A DNA stretch of 64,000 nucleotides from NCBI GenBank assembly GCA_965204725.1, contig OZ242005.1, positions 3,872,001 to 3,936,000 of the forward strand, read 5' to 3'. The DNA is from Candidatus Latescibacterota bacterium (GTDB lineage: Bacteria > Latescibacterota > UBA2968 > UBA8231). How positions within the stretch are numbered: position 1 is the stretch's first letter; each line of letters opens with the position of its first letter. Below, piece by piece: positions 1 to 12,373 of this stretch. The translations under genes and the position numbers were made by a program. The notes below the pieces were generated by a model. It ran no database searches and was not told the DNA's origin. It saw only the letters and a list, made by a program, of their open reading frames with translations.

Positions 1-6
1 CAATTT

Positions 7-1284
7 TCATGCGCGTCTCGTTTCGGTCAACTGGTCGAGAGGGACGTTTTGCTCGACGCCGGTGGATAGGGTTTTGATCCGCACCTGACCGGCGGCCCAT
101 TCGTCCGGGGCCAGCAAGACCAGCCGTGCGGCCCCGATCTGATCGGCGCGGCGAAAGGCCCAGCGGACTTTTTTGTCTTCGAGGACCAAGTCAACCGAGC
201 GGCCGGTCTGCCGCAGTCGGGCCGCCACGTCCATGGCGGCCGGGCGCAGATCGGCGTTGAAGGCAAAGACTAGATCGTCCACGGCCTTGGGGACCGCGGG
301 CAGCAGCCCTTGTGCTTTGAGCAATTCGACGATGACCGCGTCGCCACAGCCAAAACCGCAGGCCGGTGCGTCTTGGCCGCCAAAAGTCGAAAGCAGGCGG
401 TCGTAGCGGCCGCCGCCGCAGATGGCGCGTAGATCGCCACCGCGGTCAAAAGCCTCAAAGACGATGCCGGTATAATAGGCCAGCCCCCGCACTAGACTCG
501 CCTCAAAAGAGAGCCAATCGACATAGCCATAATCAGCGGCCAAGTCGAAGAGACGATGCAATTCGGCAATACCGGAGTGGTCGGTTCCGATTGCGGCCGC
601 GATCTGGTCGAGTTCGTCCCAAGAGAGGGCCTCGATAATGCGGTCGACCATGCCGCGGTCCAAGCCCAAGGCGGCCATGTCGCCCTCAATGGCTGTGCGC
701 GGCACCTTTTCCAACTTGTCAATCAGGACGCACACCGGCGCGAACCGGTCGTCGGGTACGCCGAGGCTTTCGAGCAGCCCTTGGAGAATTTTGCGATTGG
801 ATACCTTAATGCCGACGTCCGCCGGGCCGAGGCCGAGGCCCGCGAAAAAGGTGGTGAGAGCGGCGAGCAACTCGGCCTCTGCGGTCACCGCGGAAACGCC
901 GACAATGTCCATATTCCACTGATAGTGTTCGCGTCTGCGACCGCGGGTCATGCGCTCGTAGCGCCAACACTGGGGGATGCTGAACCACTTGAGCGGCAGG
1001 GCCAAGGAGCCGCCCTTTTGCAGCACCAACCGGGCCAGCGACGGGGTCATTTCTGGGCGCAGGGCTAGGCGGCGGCCTCCTTTGTCGGCAAAGTTGTAGA
1101 GTTGGTCGGTGATTTCCTCGCCGGCTTTGCGCGTGTAGAGTGCCTCGGATTCCACGACCGGAGCGTCGTACTCTTCAAAGGCGAAGCGAGCCGCCACCGC
1201 GCGAAAGTGGCCCAGCAGCCAGTTGTGCTGGCGCATATCCTCGGGGAAAAAATCGCGGGTGCCGCGGGGTGGAGATAGGTCCAT
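7..1284 (-). CDS. hisS: Histidine--tRNA ligase
   Basis: PRGTRDF N-terminus, LRPEMT, WRYER motif 2, RGLAYYTG, GGGRYD and C-terminal anticodon-binding domain. Confidence 0.97.
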   Translation of the reverse strand: MDLSPPRGTRDFFPEDMRQHNWLLGHFRAVAARFAFEEYDAPVVESEALYTRKAGEEITDQLYNFADKGGRRLALRPEMTPSLARLVLQKGGSLALPLKWFSIPQCWRYERMTRGRRREHYQWNMDIVGVSAVTAEAELLAALTTFFAGLGLGPADVGIKVSNRKILQGLLESLGVPDDRFAPVCVLIDKLEKVPRTAIEGDMAALGLDRGMVDRIIEALSWDELDQIAAAIGTDHSGIAELHRLFDLAADYGYVDWLSFEASLVRGLAYYTGIVFEAFDRGGDLRAICGGGRYDRLLSTFGGQDAPACGFGCGDAVIVELLKAQGLLPAVPKAVDDLVFAFNADLRPAAMDVAARLRQTGRSVDLVLEDKKVRWAFRRADQIGAARLVLLAPDEWAAGQVRIKTLSTGVEQNVPLDQLTETRRA

Positions 1285-1405
1285 AGCGAGGGTTTCCTAC
1301 AAAATTATCGGGGTAAGGGCAGGCTGCGCTGAGACCGGGCCGAGGGGGCGATCCTTGCGCGATCCTTAGCAGTGATTTTTATGTTTGTCAGGGTGGATTG
1401 ATCCG

Positions 1406-1681
1406 CTAGCCGAACAGCTTTAAGGCTCCGATGAGGCCCCATGTCGCCACTTGCAGAGCAATGACCCAGCGCAAGAGGCTGTTCATCTTGGCTTCAAGCG
1501 ACTCGCGGTAGGCATCGATCTTAGCCTCAAGCACCTCGCGGTTAGCGTCAATTTTAGCTTCAACGCGCCCCAAGCGGACATCGATTTGCTCGACAATGCC
1601 CTCCAGCCGGGCGATGCGTCCCTCGTGATCCAACGGATACGGTCGCTCCGGCGGCTTCTCAGTCATATTGGTCATAATCAA
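1406..1681 (-). CDS. Small coiled-coil protein with C-terminal TM helix (DUF1640/XhlA-like)
   Basis: Repeated EAKIDA heptads followed by hydrophobic LLRWVIALQVATWGLIG tail; GGAG RBS upstream. Confidence 0.65.
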   Translation of the reverse strand: MIMTNMTEKPPERPYPLDHEGRIARLEGIVEQIDVRLGRVEAKIDANREVLEAKIDAYRESLEAKMNSLLRWVIALQVATWGLIGALKLFG

Positions 1682-1758
1682 AGCTCCTTTCTACGTGCTC
1701 ATTGAACAGGGTGTCCACGAGCGACCTCTATGGTCGCCGGTATAATATCAGGCCGCGA

Positions 1759-2607
1759 CTAGCCCAAAGCAAAGACCGCCTCGCCGACGACGATGGCCAC
1801 AAGCCCTAGCAACATGCCGACTTTGAGCAAGCGGCCGAGGCGGTCGTCGGCCAGCACTGCGCGTTGGCAATACAACTGCCAGAGGACGTAGCCGACCAAG
1901 GCGTGAACCGGCAGCAGGGCCAACGCGTACAGCGCACCGTAAAGGCCCAGGAAAAACGGCATCCAAGTAAATCCAACCAACAGCAAGTACACGAGAGCGG
2001 CCAGCATCCCAGCTCGGGCACGTCCCCACGCAAGAGGCAAGGTGCGCTCGCCGCGGATTGGGTCTCCGGCGACGTCCTCAATGTCCTTGACTATTTCTCG
2101 CCCCAAGTGAAAGAGGAAGGCAAAGAGCGCCGGAATCCACGAGCGGCCTATATCGCCAGCGGCTAGAGCACCATAGGGAAAGGCAGTGGCCCCGATAAAG
2201 GCGACGAGTACATTGCCCCACAGCAGGCTGTTTGTTAAGAAAATAGTATAGAACGCGAGCAAGGCGGCCACGGTTAGGGCAATCGCTCCATGCCAAGGGC
2301 TAAGCCCGAATGCGAGCGCACAGCCGGCTAGGGCGAGGAGCAAACTTTGCATTCGGGCGGCACTCGGGCTGAGGCGACCGGCAGGCAGGGGGCGCAGGGG
2401 GCGATTGATGCGATCAATGTCTATGTCGATCAAATCGTTAAAGGCATTACCGGCGCCGTTGATTAAGGCGGCAGAAAGAGCGGCGAGCACAAGGGCGGGC
2501 CAAGCGGGGAGTTGGTCTGCGGTCAAAGCACCCACGCCGACCGAGAGGGCGGTAATCAGGCCGTTGAGCGGCCTAGGCAGGAGGAAAAAGGCACTGAGTT
2601 GCGACAA
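1759..2607 (-). CDS. UbiA-family prenyltransferase, digeranylgeranylglyceryl-phosphate-synthase-like
   Basis: NDLIDIDIDRINRPLRPLPAG and REIVKDIEDVAGD aspartate-rich motifs, multiple TM helices; start moved to TTG 2607 (uncertain). Confidence 0.85.
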   Translation of the reverse strand: MSQLSAFFLLPRPLNGLITALSVGVGALTADQLPAWPALVLAALSAALINGAGNAFNDLIDIDIDRINRPLRPLPAGRLSPSAARMQSLLLALAGCALAFGLSPWHGAIALTVAALLAFYTIFLTNSLLWGNVLVAFIGATAFPYGALAAGDIGRSWIPALFAFLFHLGREIVKDIEDVAGDPIRGERTLPLAWGRARAGMLAALVYLLLVGFTWMPFFLGLYGALYALALLPVHALVGYVLWQLYCQRAVLADDRLGRLLKVGMLLGLVAIVVGEAVFALG

Positions 2608-2774
2608 GGGTTTCCGTCTATAGGCAGGTAATTGTCCCCATATAAAAGCAAAGTGCGAAGGGCGTCGCCAAGAGGCGTTTGGCGGCCAAAGTGCGCCGGC
2701 AGATTTGTTCTTGACAGGGCCTAGCGCGCAAAGTACGTTTCCTAACGTTTTGTTTCTCAAAGAGTAAGCTAGCT

Positions 2775-4838
2775 ATGAACTCAATTAAAGGGGCGTTGTG
2801 CGCCTCTCTTTTTTTTAGCGGATTCGCCTTGGCCGATCCGCCCTTGGTCGGCCTGTCTTGGAACGCGCCAAACGAGCTAAGGGCCATCGCCGATCTGAGC
2901 GAGCAAGTGCGCTATGTGGCACGCAACCTAGCTTTTGTCGAGGCCAGCGAAAGCGCGGTCGCGGAGTTCACAAAGCGGGGATTTGCCATCCTGTGCCTCG
3001 ACAGGCCGCAGGCGGGCGACCGCTATTTTGTCACCGCTCACCTCGATCTGCCCCTGCCTCAAGGCGTTGAATTGGTCTTTGTTAGGGGAGGCGAATGGGC
3101 GCTCTTGCGGGTGGGGCCGACCGCCCGCTTGCACGAAGGCCCCTACTTCCTCTGGCCGCTGCCCAACAACTACAGCCTAGACGGATGGTTGGACGCGCCG
3201 AGGCGGGCACCCAAGGCCCTGCAAACCGCCTCGCCGGCCGTGGCGGCCCTTATCGAGGAAGTCGCAGTTGAGCGTTTGCAAGCGCACGTCAACATCCTCG
3301 CGTTGAAAGACCCGGCTTTGGGCAGCGTCCCCGGCAACATGCGCAGCCGCTTTACCGTGCATCCAGAGATACGCGAGTCAGCCGAGTACATCCGCTCGCA
3401 ACTGGCCGCGGCCCTCGGCGACAGAGCGGTCGAGTTGCATCCCTTCCCCATTGCCTCAGAGCGCGTCGTCTTCCACACCTCGCGCCGTGGCAACGAGGGC
3501 CACGCACCGACCGACACCACTGCGTACAACATCATCGGCACCCTGCCGGGCACCGACCCAGAGGCCGGGTACTACATTATCTGCGCTCACTACGACGCCA
3601 CGGGGGTGCGCTCGACCGGCGGCTGGGACTGGATGCGCGAGCCAGCACCCGGTGCCGACGACAATGCCAGCGGCGTGGCCTTGGTCTTGGAAAGCGCTCG
3701 GCTGCTGGCCGCGCAGCAGTTTCCTTGGTCCATCCGCTTTATCGCTTGGTCGGGCGAGGAATTGGGCCTGCTGGGCAGCCAAGCGTACGCCGATTTAGCG
3801 GCCGAGCGCGACGACAAAATTCTCGGCGTGTTCAATTTCGACATGATCGGCTTCAACCATTTGCAGGAGCGGTTGGAGGTGGTGACGAACCCCGGCTCGC
3901 ACTGGCTGGCCGCCGAGATGGAGTCTGCGGCCGAGCGCTACGGCATCGGTCTAGCTATCGACGTGATTGAAGACCCAGGCTCGCGCATCAGCGACCACGC
4001 GCCGTTTTGGAAGTGGGGCTACGACGCAATCGTCGGCATTGAAAACCACCTGCCCACAGACCCAACGACCTACGGTGTGCGCGAGGGGGTCTATCAAATC
4101 AACTCGCAGTACCATACGGTCCTCGATCTACCCGACAGCATTAGCTGGGAGTTGGTGCGCCGCACCACCCAGCTAGCCGTGGCGACGTTGGCCGAGTACG
4201 GGTTGGGAGAAGGCCCGCCGAACTTGGCGGTCTTCACCGGCGATTTGCGCGGCGACCGCACGGACGACCTCCGCGTCCGCGTCAGCAACATCGGGCTGGG
4301 CGCGGTCGCTAGCCGCTTCTCGGTGCGGGTCTCGCAATGCGCCCCAGACTCCAGCCAGTGCCAAGTCATCCACCGGGCACAGGCCCCAGAAGGATTGGCC
4401 CCAGGCGCGAGCGCGGACTTGCGCATTCCCTATCAGCGATTTGGCGAAATGGTCTTTTTGATCGAGGTCGATGCAGAAGGGCAAATCGACGAGGCCAGCG
4501 AGGCGGACAACCGCGTCTTCCAGTACCTGCGCCTAGTGCCGCAGTCGAAGATCGCAGTCTTTCCCAACCCCTTCCGCATCGGCAACGGCCGCGTGCTCCG
4601 CTTCAGCGGCGTACCGCTCAAATCCTCGGTGCGGGTCTTTGGGTCAGCGGGCGATCTAGTGTGGGAAGCAATTGAGGACGACAACGCCCAGAGGCGCTTG
4701 GGGGCCAAGGCCAACGAGGTGCTGTGGTACGGGACGAACCGCACCAACTCGCCCGTGGGCAACGGGGTTTACATCTATGCGATTCACGACCCAGCCGGGA
4801 CCCTGCTAGCGAGGGACAAAATCGCGGTCGTGCGCTGA
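2775..4838 (+). CDS. Secreted M28 metallopeptidase with CARDB-like and PNPF/FlgD-Ig C-terminal domains
   Basis: Signal peptide; AHYD, GADDNASG, GEE.GL.GS, DMIG, SDH, YHT zinc motifs; IDEASEADN (CARDB); FPNPF...WYG.N.....GVYIY tail. Confidence 0.85.
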   Translation: MNSIKGALCASLFFSGFALADPPLVGLSWNAPNELRAIADLSEQVRYVARNLAFVEASESAVAEFTKRGFAILCLDRPQAGDRYFVTAHLDLPLPQGVELVFVRGGEWALLRVGPTARLHEGPYFLWPLPNNYSLDGWLDAPRRAPKALQTASPAVAALIEEVAVERLQAHVNILALKDPALGSVPGNMRSRFTVHPEIRESAEYIRSQLAAALGDRAVELHPFPIASERVVFHTSRRGNEGHAPTDTTAYNIIGTLPGTDPEAGYYIICAHYDATGVRSTGGWDWMREPAPGADDNASGVALVLESARLLAAQQFPWSIRFIAWSGEELGLLGSQAYADLAAERDDKILGVFNFDMIGFNHLQERLEVVTNPGSHWLAAEMESAAERYGIGLAIDVIEDPGSRISDHAPFWKWGYDAIVGIENHLPTDPTTYGVREGVYQINSQYHTVLDLPDSISWELVRRTTQLAVATLAEYGLGEGPPNLAVFTGDLRGDRTDDLRVRVSNIGLGAVASRFSVRVSQCAPDSSQCQVIHRAQAPEGLAPGASADLRIPYQRFGEMVFLIEVDAEGQIDEASEADNRVFQYLRLVPQSKIAVFPNPFRIGNGRVLRFSGVPLKSSVRVFGSAGDLVWEAIEDDNAQRRLGAKANEVLWYGTNRTNSPVGNGVYIYAIHDPAGTLLARDKIAVVR

Positions 4839-4856
4839 CGCAAAAAAGGCTTGCTC

Positions 4857-5408
4857 ATGGAAACCATCAGCAATTTTGTAACAGCCGCTCGTCTCGTGGA
4901 GCAGCAAGGCGATGGCTACCGCTATGAATTGATTCGCGGGGAGGTAATAAGGATGAGCCCGACCGGAGGCAAACACGGCGTCATTGCCCATCGCATAGGG
5001 CGGTTGCTCGGCAATTGGGCGGAACAACAGGGCATTGGGCTGGTGTTTGCCGCGGAAACCGGATTCAAACTGGCGACCAACCCCGATACCGTGCGCGCGG
5101 CCGATGTGGCCCTCGTGCTAAATGAGCGCATCCCCGCTGCGGGCGTACCCGACAGCTACTGGGAAGGGGCGCCAGATTTGGCGGTGGAAGTGCTCTCTCC
5201 CAATGACAGCGCGAGTGACGTGTTAGACAAGGTGCGCGATTACCTCGCGGCCGGGGCCGAGCAAGTGTGGATCGCAGACCCCAAGAGCAGCGCGGTTTCC
5301 GTGTACCGGTCGTTACAGGATGTGCAGACGCTGACGGAGTGGGAGACGTTAGAAGGGGTCGGAGCCGTAGAAGGCTTTAGGTGTCGGGTTGGGGAGTTTT
5401 TCGTCTAG
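4857..5408 (+). CDS. Uma2-family restriction-endonuclease-like protein
   Basis: RYELIRG..MSP...HG, VRAADVA, PDLAVEVLSP, K...YL.AG...VWI.DP. Confidence 0.92.
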   Translation: METISNFVTAARLVEQQGDGYRYELIRGEVIRMSPTGGKHGVIAHRIGRLLGNWAEQQGIGLVFAAETGFKLATNPDTVRAADVALVLNERIPAAGVPDSYWEGAPDLAVEVLSPNDSASDVLDKVRDYLAAGAEQVWIADPKSSAVSVYRSLQDVQTLTEWETLEGVGAVEGFRCRVGEFFV

Positions 5409-5497
5409 CGAGGGCACTTTCTCACTGGGGACATGGGACGCCGAATGTCAAGTATTCGATCGCTGAACATTATGGTTTTGAGAATGCAGAGGAACCC

Positions 5498-6136
5498 TTG
5501 ATTCGCGCAGTTTTGTGGGATAACGACGGCGTACTGGTCGATACCGAGGGGCTGTACTTTCAGGCGGGGCGGGAGGTCATGGCAACGCAGGGTATTGAGC
5601 TGACGCGGGAGGATTTTGTTGAGCAGTCGCTGAAAAAGGGGCAAAGCGTATTTGATTTACTGCCCGATCAAGATGCTGAGTTGGTGGATCGGCTGCGCTT
5701 GCAGCGCAATGCGCGCTACAGCGCGTTGTTGCGGGAACGGGTGCGGGTCTTGGATGGGGTGGTGGAGACGCTCGGGATACTACACGGGCGCGTGCTTATG
5801 GGGGTGGTGACCGGGTCGCGGAAAGATCACTTCGACATTATTCACGCCCAAGCGAATTTGCTCCAGTTTTTCGAGTTCGTGGTCACGCGGGAAGACTACG
5901 AAGAAGCAAAGCCCCATCCCGATGCGTATTTGACGGCCATGCGACTGCATGGGTTGACGCCTGAGACCTGCGTCGTCGTGGAGGATTCTGAACGGGGATG
6001 CGCCGCAGCCGCAAAGGCTGGGTTGCGCGTACTGGTCGTGCCGAATGCGTTGTCGCAACACGGCGATTTTTCGCCGGCGTACAAAGTGCTAGGCTCAGTG
6101 CGAGAGGTGGTAGATGAAGTGGAGCGGTTGCGCTGA
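5498..6136 (+). CDS. HAD-superfamily phosphatase (IA)
   Basis: WDNDGVLVDT motif I, KPHPD, VEDS; TTG start with AGAGGA RBS. Confidence 0.9.
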   Translation: MIRAVLWDNDGVLVDTEGLYFQAGREVMATQGIELTREDFVEQSLKKGQSVFDLLPDQDAELVDRLRLQRNARYSALLRERVRVLDGVVETLGILHGRVLMGVVTGSRKDHFDIIHAQANLLQFFEFVVTREDYEEAKPHPDAYLTAMRLHGLTPETCVVVEDSERGCAAAAKAGLRVLVVPNALSQHGDFSPAYKVLGSVREVVDEVERLR

Positions 6137-6166
6137 GGGTTATGGACAAAGCCGAACAAGATAAAC

Positions 6167-6865
6167 CTAGCCAAGCCTCACCGGGCAATCCGCACACCGC
6201 TCCCCCGTCCCGCAAAATTCCAATTCACACGTCAGCAGGGCTTCTACCCGCCGCTGCCAGTCGGCTGGGTAGCGCAGGGTTCCTTGCAAGCGGAAGCCGC
6301 TGACCAAAGAGCGCAGCAGGGCAAAGCGCGTCTCGCGGTCGGCGACTTTGGTGCGCACCCGCTGGCGAGCCTCGGCCAAGCAGGCGAGGTACGCAGCAAA
6401 TTCCCCGTCGAAAATTGCTTCGAGGTCTTGCCGCAAGCGGCTCGATAGCGCCGGGCTGGCGTTGGAGGTGGAGATGCTCAGCCGCAGGTGGCCCGGATGC
6501 ACCAAGGCCGCCATGCCAATGTTGGAATAGGCCGGGTTGTCGTAGGAGTTGATCAAGGCTTTGCGCGCCAAGGCGAGTTCATGCACCCGCGCCGTCAGCG
6601 CGTGGTCGCGCACGGTGTTCAACACCAAGAAGACGCCGTCGAGGTCGCCCTCGGCAAAGCAGCGCCGATGGTGGGTGAGGCGTCCGGCCGCAGCCCATTC
6701 GACGAGCGCGGGCGTCGCGCTGGGGCTAACCACCGTCAAGCGCGCACCGGCGGTTAGCAAACGCCGCGCCTTGTCATCGGCCTCGCGCCCGCCGCCGATG
6801 ATCAAGCAGGGCTGCTCCATCACGTCGAGCCCTACCTGAAAATAGGGATTGAGCGGCTCGCTCAC
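6167..6865 (-). CDS. Precorrin-2 dehydrogenase / sirohydrochlorin ferrochelatase (CysG N-terminal, SirC/Met8-like)
   Basis: CLIIGGG..A..K...LL.AGA...VVSP, INSYDNP, ISISTS..SP.L motifs. Confidence 0.85.
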   Translation of the reverse strand: MSEPLNPYFQVGLDVMEQPCLIIGGGREADDKARRLLTAGARLTVVSPSATPALVEWAAAGRLTHHRRCFAEGDLDGVFLVLNTVRDHALTARVHELALARKALINSYDNPAYSNIGMAALVHPGHLRLSISTSNASPALSSRLRQDLEAIFDGEFAAYLACLAEARQRVRTKVADRETRFALLRSLVSGFRLQGTLRYPADWQRRVEALLTCELEFCGTGERCADCPVRLG

Positions 6866-7284
6866 GCGCCCGAATCGCCGCTTAGGGCCGCGTAGGCTTT
6901 GTCGTCGCCCGCGCCGAATTCGACCGGAAAGCCGAGGGCCTGCCAGCCGCGCTCGGTGGGCGACCCGCCAAAACCGGCGGTGACGTTAGCCACATCCACA
7001 AAACCAGCGGCCGCGAGGGCCTCACAGGCGCGCATGGAACGAGCGCCCGACTGGCAGCCGACGAGGAGCTTGGCATCTGCGGCAAAATGGGCTTGGACCA
7101 CTCGCACGAAATCGGGGTTGGGCACCATGCCCACGGCGTGGCGGTGCAGGATCGGGATGTTGAACGCGCCGGCCGGATGACCGCTCTCGTATTCGGGGAT
7201 AGAGCGGACGTCGATGTAAATCGCACCCGCGTCGCCGGCGAGCAATTCCTTCGCCTCAGTGGGACTGACGTTTCGATAGCTCAC
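6862..7284 (-). CDS. Rhodanese-like sulfurtransferase
   Basis: IDVRS..EY..GHP.GA.NIP and active-site CQSGARS; GTG start after GGAGG. Confidence 0.92.
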   Translation of the reverse strand: MSYRNVSPTEAKELLAGDAGAIYIDVRSIPEYESGHPAGAFNIPILHRHAVGMVPNPDFVRVVQAHFAADAKLLVGCQSGARSMRACEALAAAGFVDVANVTAGFGGSPTERGWQALGFPVEFGAGDDKAYAALSGDSGA

Positions 7285-7399
7285 GATACCTCCGTTTGAC
7301 AATGTCTGCTTTGTGGGATTGAATAAAGGTAAGGTTAAGGTAACACACTACTTTACTTTCGCCACCTACAAGCCCCTAGCCCCAGAGGGCCGGAGGAAG

Positions 7400-8524
7400 A
7401 TGATTTTGAACGCATGTCACAGGGCCGGCGTACTGTTGTTGGCGGCAGCTTTGGGGGCTTGCAGCGTGCAAGTGGGCGGGCGCGGCGAGGACGACCGCCC
7501 AGACTCAGCGGCCCAAGCCGACAGCACGGCCGCCGATAGCCTATCCAAGCCCATAGAAGCGGTGCCCGTTGAAGTCGCCCTCGCACACACGGGCGAGATC
7601 TCCGCCCATCTGCTGTTCAACTCGACCATCGAGACCGAGGCGGCCGTCGAGATTTATCCCCAAATCAGTGGCCTCGTCAGCCAACTCAGAGTCGAGGCCG
7701 GCGACCGCGTCGAAGCGGGCGACACCCTCCTCCGCATTGAGGACAAGCAGTTGCGCATCGCCGTTGCGGAGGCCCAAGCCAACTACCACTATCAGCAGAC
7801 CGGCTTCAAGCGCACCGAGGCCATGTTTGAGCGCAACCTCATCAGCGACCAAGAGTTTGAGACCAACAAATACAACTTTGAACAATCTCGCCTCCGGCTA
7901 GCGCGCGCGCGCCTAGATCTAGAATACGCAGCAATCATCGCGCCGTTTTCCGGCGTGATCACCGAGCGCTACGTGCAAGTCGGCGCTCGGGTAGGGCCGA
8001 GCAGCAAGCTCTACGACCTCATCAAGCTCGACGACCTCATTGCCCGCGTCTTCGCGCCCGGCCAGTACCTCACCGCCGTCAGCAACGGCCAGCAGGCCCT
8101 CATCACCTCGGAGTTCTTGCCCGACGAGAAGTTCCACGGCTGGGTCAAGCGCATCAGCCCCGTCGTCGATCCCAAAAGCGGCACCTTCAAGGTCACGGTG
8201 GGCCTGCGCGACCGCTGGGAGTACTTGCGGCCCGGCCTCTTCGTCAACGTGCGCATCATCACCGCCACGCACTCCGACGCCGTGTTGATACCCAAGCAGG
8301 CGGTCGTGTACGATGGCGGCGACCGCTTCGTGTTCGCCGTCAAGGACACCACGGCTACGCGGGTCAAGCTACAGCCCGGGTTTGAGGACGCCGACTTTAT
8401 CGAGGCACTCGCCGGCATCGACTCCGGCACCCCGATCATCGTCGTCGGGCAAAACGGCCTCAAAGACCGCACGCGGGTGCGCGTGGTCAACTCAGCCTCA
8501 GCCGAAGACGCGGGCCAAGGCTAG
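7400..8524 (+). CDS. RND efflux periplasmic adaptor (MFP) lipoprotein
   Basis: LGAC lipobox, lipoyl half-motifs (ISGLV...VEAGDRV; IIAPFSGVI), LRPGLFV. Confidence 0.93.
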   Translation: MILNACHRAGVLLLAAALGACSVQVGGRGEDDRPDSAAQADSTAADSLSKPIEAVPVEVALAHTGEISAHLLFNSTIETEAAVEIYPQISGLVSQLRVEAGDRVEAGDTLLRIEDKQLRIAVAEAQANYHYQQTGFKRTEAMFERNLISDQEFETNKYNFEQSRLRLARARLDLEYAAIIAPFSGVITERYVQVGARVGPSSKLYDLIKLDDLIARVFAPGQYLTAVSNGQQALITSEFLPDEKFHGWVKRISPVVDPKSGTFKVTVGLRDRWEYLRPGLFVNVRIITATHSDAVLIPKQAVVYDGGDRFVFAVKDTTATRVKLQPGFEDADFIEALAGIDSGTPIIVVGQNGLKDRTRVRVVNSASAEDAGQG

Positions 8525-8530
8525 GGGGCC

Positions 8531-12364
<3,834 letters not shown>

Positions 12365-12373
12365 GAGGGACCC

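Noticed and set aside
5381-5497. N-terminal extension of the HAD phosphatase
   Set aside because: HAD motif I directly follows TTG 5498 with its own RBS; upstream sequence could not be assigned
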